Under the pieces are notes generated by a model, which was not told the origin of the DNA, searched no databases, and saw only the letters and a program-made list of their open reading frames with translations. Below, piece by piece: positions 53,690 to 64,000 of a stretch of 64,000 bases of DNA. Positions within the stretch are counted from its first letter, which is position 1. The number at the start of each line of letters is the position of its first letter. The DNA comes from Lama glama. Lineage: Eukaryota. The position numbers were made by a program, and so were the translations under genes. Location: contig CM052817.1 of the NCBI GenBank assembly GCA_028534125.1, positions 47,804,001-47,868,000 on the forward strand. Reading direction: 5' to 3'.

Positions 53690-54266
53690 AGCTCTGGGCA
53701 TCACATGTTAGGCTGCCCCTTTTCTAGCCGTGGTCCAGCCAGGACCCTCCCCGTGGAGCCAGGCATCCATGGGACCAAAGGGACATGCCCACCCAGATCC
53801 ATTTTTCCCTCCTTCCGACCTCACTCTAGTACCCAGGATGCCAGAATGCCCTGCAGACTTCCAGCACATTCTTCTCTAGGCAGACCACACTGTCAGCAGG
53901 CCAGGAGGCAGCTGTTTGTAAAGGCCAGACGTGGGGGCCAAGGTCTGCACAGGCGTGTGCATGAGCTCATCGTGGAACTGGAGAGAACTGGAACTGGGAA
54001 GGAAACAGGGACAGGCATGGGCTGGAGGCTGGCTTTCTGCATGCTGCCAAGTTCTGCCACAGAGTTCAGAGGAATCGAACAGTTTTCAACCGAAACCTGG
54101 ATGTTCAGGTTGTTGTGAAGGCATCTTTGCCAAGCTAGGAGGATAGAACATATTTTATTTATTTAACAGCTTGTCAGCCTGACTTCAAACTTTCAAATAT
54201 TTAGACATATGCTGTGTGGGCCTCCATTTGTATCCTCACACATGGGCCTGCAGTTTCAGGTCAGGT
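53690..54266. mobile_element. MER115-like hAT-Tip100 DNA transposon relic
   Basis: ggaggatagaacatattttattt...aaatatttagacatatg..gtgtgggcctccatttgta matches the recalled MER115 end; left limit approximate. Confidence 0.7.
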
Positions 54267-54689
54267 CAATATTTTGCAGGTACTAAAATGAATCAAGTAA
54301 GTGACATCTTCTCTTTCTCTCCCCACACAAAAACAATACACAGCCTCATCCAAACAGGTTTAACAACAACAATTTGTACCCAGGCTTAACAGCTGACTTA
54401 AAGCGAGCTGCTGGCACACTGTCTTCCAAAACCAAGCCTGGAAAACTGTAAATGTGAAAGGAAAGTAAAGCTATTTGAGAGACTAACAACCATGAAAGTA
54501 ATAATTATGAGAACCCTTGCAGAGTCTGAGGCAGGAGGGTCCCCTGCAGGCGGTCTTGAACTTGGGAACACAGCGGAACAGGAGGCTGAGCTGTAATGGA
54601 TTCAACCTCGGGCAGAGAAAGCTGTAGGAAAGTTTCTAAAATCTGCTCATGTATTCAGGAAAGTTTAAAATGCTAATAAAATCATAAAA

Positions 54690-57600
54690 GATGGCCTGAA
54701 TAAGTGAAAAAAGACAGTCCATGCTCCTGGAGTGAATGACTTGCTATCATATAAAGATCAATTCTCTTCAGAGTTTTCTAGAAATTAAATGCAACCTTCC
54801 TGTAAAATTCTAGATGAATTTTTTTATCAGTCACTCAAAATCCTTACTTGAAAATACGTGTAGAAATATAAATTCTACAACAAAGAAGGCTAAAGAAAGA
54901 AGAGTAATGTGTGAGAATGTACATAGCCAGACATTAAGATATAATCCAAAGCCATACAAATAATAAACAATGTATATTATTAAACATACAGATAATTAAA
55001 CAGAATAAAATAGAAATACAAGTATATATGAAAACTTAAAACACAACAATAATGGCACCAGAAATCAATGTGAAATGGTTGGATTATTTTGTAGATGGTG
55101 TAGAATTCTTAAATTGTGTAGAAAAATTAAATTGAAACTCTACCAAACAGCACATTCAATGGTAAACTACAAATGGACTAAAGATTCAAAGTGAAAGATA
55201 ATTATCTGGAGTTAACAAAACATGTCGGTAAATAGGTTTGTAACATGGGGTCAGGAACACTATACTTAACAAAAATTCAAAGAGGACAAATCATAGGCAA
55301 AATATTGATGAATTTTATTACATCAATGTTAAGGAGTTCTGATTCAACAGATGACACCTGGGTAAAGTCCACAGACCTATGCAGATAAAAAATATATTTA
55401 CAAATCTAAACCCAAGAAGGCATTAAAATTTAGAAAACATAACAAAATCCACAAAGGAAAAGACAAAAATCATCAGTCAAATGAAAAGGTGAAGCACAGG
55501 GAATTTTTAGGGTGGTGAAACTATTCTGTATGATACTGTAATGGTGGATAAATGACATTATACATTTTTCAAAACCCATAAAAATGTACAACACAAATAG
55601 TGAACCTTAATTCTGCAATTCTAAAATCATCACTCAGGAAGTCGAAGATCCCAGGAAAGGATGCAGGCTGCGACACGAGAATCTAACTATACTACAAATG
55701 CATGACGCAACTTCACTGAAGGGGTAGGGAGAAAAGATGTCAACTTTAGAAATAAACGAAGTCTGTAGGACTAAAGACAAAAGGAACTGCACATAAGCAC
55801 TGTGCTCCCATTGATAAAGTTATTTCCCATGGGAATACAAGTTAACCATTCCGATACTGCTATACACATATCCTGAAAGTGAGCAGTTAGGTAAGTGGGT
55901 GGAGGTCAGTGGGAGACACGCTTCTCACTGCTGGAGCAGAAGTTTACAGATAAGTGACGGGAGGAGGCTGAAGTGGATTAGAGCTGGAGATATCAGTAGG
56001 AACTCATGTTTAATTTAAGGTAGATATAGATCAGATGGTTACACATGGAAATATCTATTGATGTGTGTAAATACAGGGGTTAGTATACACACATACATTT
56101 GTTTGCTCTGTCAGCTGAGACGGTCCAAAAAAAACCCAATAACCTAGGAGCAATGAACACACCTAACACCCAGATCTTGGTTTCTAATATGATTCTTCAA
56201 TTACAGGATCTAGGAATTCTTGGAGAAATGGCTATTCTAGGACTAGGGGAGGAAATATTCAGAATGAACCTAGAGAATCTTGTAGTGCTGTGAAGAAAGG
56301 AAGTGCTTAAAAAAAAAAAAGGTAAAAAGGAAAAAAACACAAAGATGGGGTAAGACAAAGGAACACAGGAGCCAATGTAAACATGTCCCAGTGGTCAAAT
56401 CTGGAATAAAACAGGTATAGTAGTATTGGATTATAACCCAAAGTATAAAATCAATGTCCACAAATTAGCCTATATTAATATAAATAAATGATTGCATAAA
56501 TTAACAAATCAGAGAGGAGATAAAACTCTCCTGCAAAAGCATTTCAAATAAATTATATAGATATTCCCCCCAAAGGGTGGAGAACATGACTCTGCACTAC
56601 TTAAGTGTGGGCTTTGCATAGTGACTTCCTTCCAGAAAGTATAGTATGGGAAAGGGGAAGAAAAAGAAGCTTTACAGTGGAAAAGCCTGAAAAACCCTCT
56701 CCAGCCAGTTGATCAAAGTCAACATCAATAAATACAACAGTAATAAATACAACAGTAATAAATCATGTAGGTAGTGTGAACCCTTGATGTAATGGAATGA
56801 AAATAAAACTTCACCTGTGGGGTATTCCTCCTAAAAATCCATAAACTTAGATTATTAATAAGAAAAGCATCGGACAAATTCTAATAGAGGGACATTCCAC
56901 AAAATACCTGGACCAGTACTCCTCAAAAAGTCATCAGAAACAAGAAAAGTTTGAGAAACTATCACAACCAGTGGGAGCCTAAGGGGACAGGAACACTGAG
57001 TGTAATGTGATGCCCTTAATGGATCCTGGACCAGTAAAAGTATACTAGGCAAAACCTGAGGTTCATTGATTGTAACAAATGTTTCATATTAATGTAAGAG
57101 ATTACTGGGGGAAACTGTGCGGGGATGAGGGAAAGGATATGGGGACTCTCTGGACTATCCGCTCAGTTTTTCTTTAAATCTAAATCTCTTCTGAAAAATA
57201 AAGCCTATTAATAAAAAGTGCAGTTTATAGGTGAGGAAGCCCCAAAGGCTTTCAAGCATATAAAGAGATCATCAAACTCATTTATTATCAGAGAAATACT
57301 AATTAAAGTGATATCAGAGATATCACTTTACCTCTAGGCGGCTGAATAAACTTGGAAAGTTGGTTAATGCCAGCTTTGGAGATTTGGAGATAAAGGAACC
57401 CTCAGAACACTGCTGGTTGGAGTGCAGCCTGGTGTATGAGTTCTAAGAGGCCCTTAGTCACTTACATATAGGTACAAACTCTTTCCCCACATTCTGCATC
57501 AGGAGGGAGATAGGTAGACAGATAGACAAATAGATAGATTGATCTCATGTGGGTGCATAAAAGAACATGCAGGCAGATGTGTTTGTGGAAGCAGAGTCAG

Positions 57601-57900
57601 ACAAACAGTGGATGTCCAACCCTAGCCTAGAAGAATAAACAGCTGGAACACAGGGATGAACACCATGGAATATTACACAGACATTAAAAACATCAGATGT
57701 ACACATAGCAACATGTCTGGATCTTAAAATCATAGTGCTGACAAAATTATACAAGAAATACAGTGACTTTTTTTTTTACACATTACCATCTACATAAATT
57801 AAAAATGCATACATTCAAAACAAAATTTTATATTTACCAGAACGGGTACAATGAAGATATATAGAGGAAGCACACAGAATGGTTACTTATAGGCAGAGGG
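54690..57900 (+). mobile_element. Old L1 (L1MC/ME-like) with a nested L1MD-like 3' region at about 55480-57216
   Basis: Decayed ORF2-like A-rich sequence resumes after an inserted 3' UTR (gggtggtgaaactattctgtatgatactgtaatggtggata...aataaa). Confidence 0.75.
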
Positions 57901-58739
57901 AAGTGAGGCTTGAGGAATAGGCCTTACATGAACCAAGGATGATAACGTGCATTAACTGAAGAGTATGATTAACATCATTAACTAACCTTCTGCACTTGAG
58001 ATCCAACAGAAAGAAAAAACATTCCAACTCAGAGGTGGAAATGAGGTCTGCAATCTCGAAATGCTATGCTAGGACTTTATTACTCCTACACACGCGGTGT
58101 CATTCAGGTCCACGCTGTGGCTTTTTCCAAGACCTCTCCCATGGTCTGTGATGATAGCTGAGGAAGATGAGGAGGATAGTGTGTCGTATCCCAAGGAATT
58201 CCCCAGTGTAAGTCATCCAGGGCTCCACTGCCCATGTCCTCCTGGCACGGGCCCAACCTGCCCTTAAGACATCACTGTCCGGGACCAGCTGCGCCTGTAG
58301 TTTCCTGCCCAGGGACCAGTTAGCAAAGGATGAGGCCAGAACTCAACATCGTCTGCATGCTGCTGAAGAGCAGTCTACACTGTCGTTCACTCTCATGATA
58401 CCAACCAACTCTAAGAATTGCTGAGGAAGAAAAGGGATAAGCACCCCCCGCCCCCAGCATCAGGCTCACTTGGGTCCTGCTGTGGGAGCACAGCCCCCAC
58501 AGAGTACAGAGTCAGGCTCGACACAGAAAACCCCGCGCTGTACAAGACACTGAAGAACTATTCTCCAAGGAACAGTTAGTTCTAAATGGCTAGAATGGAG
58601 ACTGGTTCATAGAAATGGCACCCGATGCATGATCCCACTGAGCTAAGCCCAGACTTAGATCACTTCAAGATCTCTAACGAGAGCCCATCAAAAATTTTTA
58701 TCTTAATAGCTGAAAATTATTGTTTACTATGTGGCAGGC

Positions 58740-58970
58740 GTTGTTCAAAACACTTTAACTGCACTATTTCATATTCACTCACACACACAAACACACCCCT
58801 CTATGAGATAGCTTCAATAATGATACCAGTTTTATAAATCAGAAAACTGACACATCAGGAGATGAAATGACTGGCTGAAGGTTACCCATTAATAAATGGC
58901 GGTGGAGCTGGGGTTCAAAGCTGGGTAATGTGCGTCAGACCCCATGCACTCAACTTGGGCATCACTGCCT
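58740..58970 (-). mobile_element. MIR SINE
   Basis: ttttataaatcagaaaactga...ggagctggggttcaaa. Confidence 0.6.
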
Positions 58971-59312
58971 CTGCCCACTGGGCCTGGCAGTTAAGGAAGA
59001 GAAAACTCTCTAAAGCTACACCCAAAGTTGTGATAAAAGAGATTGTCCGTGGTTTGGTCAGAAAGGCATTTTCTACCTGTAAAATGTAGACCAGACAACC
59101 TCTACAGTTCCTTATTCACCCGCATTCTCTGACAAAAGTATCCTGTGTATGTGTTTGATGCTGCTCTTTGCCCAGTATCTGAAGGTTTTTGGAAAGATTA
59201 ATTACTTAGTTGACCCACTAGATGGTAGCAGATTCCTGGTTACTGTATGATTGCCAGCAGACAATTCCACTTTCATAACATTCTGAATTCTAATATCAAA
59301 AAGTTAATGGAA

Positions 59313-59468
59313 ATATACACAAGATCTTGTGGTAGCTCACAGTGAAAACAAATGCAACAATAAATATATGTATGTTCATGTATAACTGAAAAATTGTGTT
59401 TTACACTGGAAATTGACAACGTTGTAAACTGACTATAGCTCAATAAAATAACATTTTTTTAAATGAAA
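59313..59468 (+). mobile_element. Short L1 3' end (distinct subfamily) with TSD
   Basis: TSD AAAAAGTTAATGGAA (59298-59312) / AAAAAGTTATTGGAA (59469-59483). Confidence 0.8.
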
Positions 59469-62400
59469 AAAAAGTTATTGGAAGAACTTTTTCTTGGTCA
59501 TCAAAAGACATGAGTTTTACCCTCAGCTCTGCCATTTATGACTTGTATAATCTTGGGCAAATGAGCCTTGTGGGGCTTCTGATTGCCCACCATAAAACCA
59601 AAGGGCACCTTCCAGATCTAAAACTGTGATTGAACATTGTTACTATAGCAAGGACAAGATCATTCTTAGCGATGCCCTCTATTTCTACCTAGAGCCATTT
59701 AAACGGTTTGCATTTCGCACAAAGAAAAATTCCATTTTCCATCCATGAGACCTTGGGCAGTTAACAATATTTTTGTCTGCTCGTCTGTAAGAGGGAGAAA
59801 ATAATAGTATCTCTAAGGGGTATGTAATGAGTAAATACATGTGACAAGTAAGACAGTTAATAAATGGTAGCCATTTTAAAAATTATTTATGAGCTATTGT
59901 TTTTTAAATTATAATTTTGTTCCATGGCATTTGGACTCCCTCAGACCATTATTCCTACCAGCCCTCTCTCCTGATATTTGAAGGTATAAGCCAGTGACTT
60001 TAAGCTGACTCTCATTTATGGGTTCTGAGTCTCCACAGATCAGCACATGGGTCCAGAAATACCTCACGGACTCCCCTTTACTCTAAGTTGCTACAAAAAG
60101 TTCTAGGCCTTGGATCTGGAAGTCCTGAAGAAGTCTAAGTGATTTGCCTTAATCGATCCTCACTAAAACTCCTTGAAAGAGCCATCAGAGGGCCCTGTGT
60201 TCTAGACGTAGAGCCTGTGGTCTCTTGGATTCCCCCTTGAGTAATGAAGACCTCCAGGTAAACATGTTGGGCTTCTAATCTTAGCAAAGCAGTTGAAGCG
60301 TAGCAATTCTGAAAGACACTTAACCTAGATTGCAGAAGCCAGTGTATCCGGTGCTTCACTGAACTGGCTCTGATGACTATGTACCACAATCATCAGTTAA
60401 ATTACTTCTAAATAAAAATACTGTGTTACATATTGTGTCACAAGTTCTCTTAAGTATTTGTTTAAATCCTTGAAGATAAAATATGAAAGAAGCCAAAGGC
60501 ATCAAGTCCAGGAAACAAAATCCCTGGAAGCCATCATGCCTCTTTGACCTCATTAGCTATCATCACTTTGAAAATATTAGACGTTATAACCTAGCAGAAT
60601 TAAACTTCAAAGAACAAAAGCTAGCTATAGTTGCTACCATGAGCTTTACCCACTCTACCTCTTTTTCCAAAGAAAACTATACTGCAACAAGTGTCTGTTT
60701 TTCTTTCTTTTTTTTAAAATAATTCAGTAGTTGGCATATGATTTATTTAGCAGTTATATAGGTGTATGCTGATAACTCGTTCTGTGTAACTAGGTGAGTC
60801 CAGCCAAGATATCAGTGCTGACAAGGAGCAATGAGCCAGAGAATAGGGCCCAGCCCAGGGCAAATGCCACAGAGGACAGAGCCCAGCCACTCAGCATCAG
60901 AGCAGGTGATGGGAACGCTCAGTCTAGAAACACCGAGCACCCTTCAGATACTAGTGGGGAAGAGGACAGGAACACAGACTTAGGAGCACTCCAAGATGTG
61001 AGGCTGCTGGGGTGTTGAAGAAACCAGAAAAAACTGTGCTCACCCCTTTAATGAGGCAGTATTAAGAATCTATCTGCTTACAGCACTGGTTCTGGATTCA
61101 CCAGAGACACCCTAGGGCCTTCAAAAGGGCAAGCAAGATTAAATCGTTCTTAAATGTTTTTCTCACATTTAGAAAGAATACTAAATATAAAATAGAAGAA
61201 AAGAGGAAGAGGGAAAAAGGCTGGCCTCCAATTATATTTGTTTAGCTCAGGAAAAGCCCCGCAGATGCAGACACACTCACAGAGCCCCCCGAGGCCAGAG
61301 ACTGAGCCTGGCTCACCCGTTTATTACCTGCTGCTTGGCACCCCAGATGCCCTCGTGAATGTTTGCCTTCATTACTGTGATCGTGGATAAGACATCTGAG
61401 TATATACCAAAAGCAAAAGCTCGTGACAGTGTCCTGGTGAGTGACCAGAGTGCAGAGTCACGAACGCCCTGACCTTTAGCCCTCTCCTGACCTTTAAGCT
61501 GAATGCATCCACAAGCACAGAGAAGAATTCAACCACCCTAATCAAGAACCAAAGCCAGGATATAGGCTTCAAAAGGATATAAACTCCCTGCATGCCTATC
61601 ACAGCTGGTGGCCCCTGGCACCACCCTGAACACCATCCCTACTAATACTGAGTGCTTCAGAATTGCTTCATTAACACGGTACAACAGGCTGGAAGTCAGA
61701 AGACCTGTACCTTATACCCTACCTGGCCTTGGCATCTACCAGTTATGTAACCTGGAGCAAACCATTTAATTGTGTTCTTTTTTTCCCATAGCTTAAACTA
61801 ACAGTCTTATTTCAGCAATAATAGTCCATCTCAGCAATAATATTCTGATTCTAAGCTGATCATGAAGAAGAGAAAATTGGATTCAATAGGGCCAGCCAAC
61901 GTTCCCGATCTTTATAAATTCCCACACAGTCTTTTACTCTCCCTAATCCACATACTTTTCAGTGTGTGAACAACTAAACTGCTTACAGGAGATTTACTGG
62001 TGACATAAACACAGGAGGATTCCAGCAAATTACATGTAATCATCTTTCTGTGTGCTTTAGAGCAGTGTGAACTCTCACCATTTCAATATTCTCCTGAATT
62101 GGTTAACTAGCAGCCTAAAATTTTTTTAATAGCTTAAGGTGAAGCTATAGAAATATAAGGATCCTCATACTTTATCCAAGAAATCTTACATACAATGGTC
62201 TTTAAGTTCACTACACATGTCACATGAAAACGATGACAAAATTAGCAATGTGACAACCGAAACCATCAATGACCGGAAAAATCGGGCAATGAGGGTGGAA
62301 TTCTCTGATGCTCAGCTGGCACCCCTATAACACTAAGGCATATGGTAAGTGGTGTCCCTGAGTTGAAAAGGACTCCAATCCTTTAATTTGTGGCCTTCGA

Positions 62401-62619
62401 GGAGGCCCATGGTGGGGCGGGGCAGGGAGCAGGGTACAGAGGATAATGAGTTTGGGAGCTGAGGCAGCCCTGAGTGGAGCTATGGAGAAGCTGTTTGACT
62501 TTGATCTTCATAGAACTCCCTCGTTATCATCACCATTGCAACAGGGAACTAGCGTCCAATCGCAAAGGTTCATCAGTTCAAAGTGCATTACCCTCCAATC
62601 TAATAAAAATGTTCTGTTT

Positions 62620-64000
62620 GGTTCCAGTTTGGAGTAAGATAGAATAAACACATTCTATCCTGTCTCTTGCACTGAATTTAGCTAAAAACCTAGACAGATT
62701 ATGCAGGGCAGCTATCTGACATCTCGGAGCAGGTGTATTAGGAGAAAGGACAAGACTGGAGCTTCAATGAAACAGCAGTGCATTTACCTTTCTCTACCAC
62801 GGTATCCCCTGGCCTGAACTCCAAGCAGCCTGAAACCCACAAGTAAGCCTCAGTGAAGACAAAATAGTTCCAGGGAAAACTCTTTAGTTTAGGACTGAGG
62901 AGTGGGTCAGGGGTTGCCTAAAACTATGAAAGAAGGGGAACTTCCTCCCCACTTGGAAGATCTATGGTCCTAAGTCCTAAGAGAGCAGGTTGAGCCCTCA
63001 CTGTTTTTCTCTCTCTGTCTTTCAACCCCCAACCCACAAACACTAGTGGAGTCATGAAAATTGCCTGGCAGAGATATCACTTATATGTGGAATCTTAAAA
63101 TTAACAAAAGATACAAATGAACTTATTTACAAACTGGAAATAGACTCACAGACATAGATAACAAACTATTGTTACCAAAGGGGAAAGAGGTCGAGGAGAT
63201 AAATTAAGAGTTTGCGATTAACACATTTACACTACTAAATATAAAACAGATTGACAATAAGGACCTACTGTGTAGTACAGGGAACTATATTCAATGTTTC
63301 AACCTATAATGGAAAATAATCTGAAAAAGGATATATATATATATGTATATGTATATGTATAACTGAGTCACTGAAACTAACACAACATTGTAAATCAACT
63401 ATAGTTCAATAAAAATAAATTTTGAAAAAATAAAAGAAAATTGCCTGCCAGAGTAAATCAAATTCCAGCTTTCTGGCAGCAGGACTGAAAAGCGATGTCT
63501 CAGGGAACTGGGAAGTGATAGGGAAATCACAGAGAGGAAGGAGCACAGGAAAGCAATCCTATTGAACTTGGCTGTGACTCCTGGTCTCACCCCCAAGCTG
63601 TACATGCATGGATCTGACCCTAGTCAGCACAGGAAAGACTCTGAGAACTAAGCTGAGAATTAGAACATTGCTCAGGTCTCAGACTTGCCAGTGAATAATA
63701 CACACACAGGTCAGATGCAAACAGGACTGCAAAGAGTTTGAAAATAGGAACGAAATTGGGAATGTCACGACAGACTCCACAGACACTGAAAGGAAAACTA
63801 GGGGATACTATGCAGAGGTCTACGTACATAAATTTGTTAACACAGATGAAATAGACTGCTCAGAAGCCACAAACTAAATGTATCCAAGGTGAAACATGAA
63901 ACTGGAATAGTATCATAAGCATTAAGGAAATTAAATTAATGGATATAAACATTCCAAACAAGAAATCCCTAGGCTCAGGTTGTTTCACTGGTGAACTTTA
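62620..64000 (+). mobile_element. Old L1 5' region and ORF2 fragment running off the window end
   Basis: L1 5'-like sequence; 63820-64000 resembles L1 ORF2 (gatgaaatagac, ttcactggtgaa). Confidence 0.55.
63074..63435 (+). mobile_element. Younger L1 3' end nested in older L1
   Basis: 18-bp TSD GAAAATTGCCTG(G/C)CAGAG at 63056-63073 and 63436-63453. Confidence 0.9.

Noticed and set aside
53705..54118. Longest ORF in the track (137 aa)
   Set aside because: Lies within a GC-richer transposon relic; no recognisable domain or splice context
1..64000. A novel multi-gene biological system
   Set aside because: All recognisable coding signal is explained by GC and L1/ERV remnants; no second gene or RNA gene was detected

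Overview
Mammalian genomic DNA, very likely a camelid: it carries several vic-1-type tRNA-derived SINEs and many cetartiodactyl-type L1 3' ends. The window holds one complete + strand gene, GC (vitamin D-binding protein / group-specific component, albumin family). It has 13 exons, 12 of them coding, from ATG 12482 to TAG 40387, with a non-coding exon 13 from 44491 and AATAAA at 44639. All introns are GT-AG and in phase. The spliced CDS is 473 aa with the 28 mature-chain cysteines of DBP. The rest is intron and intergenic DNA rich in L1, L2, MIR, MaLR/ERV LTRs and DNA transposons; nearly all ORFs in the supplied track are spurious or only overlap single exons. I found no evidence of a novel multi-gene system. 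The best leads are regulatory or molecular-evolutionary: candidate liver enhancers (-2 kb, intron 1, and a downstream MER115-like region), an intact solo ERV1-type LTR upstream, a TAG-TCC-TGA double stop, a relocated N-glycosylation sequon, a 5' uORF and internal acceptor, two AG|GT recursive-splice-like sites, and a strong L1 strand skew. Repeat family names and cross-species comparisons come from my recall of consensus and ortholog sequences, not from a search.
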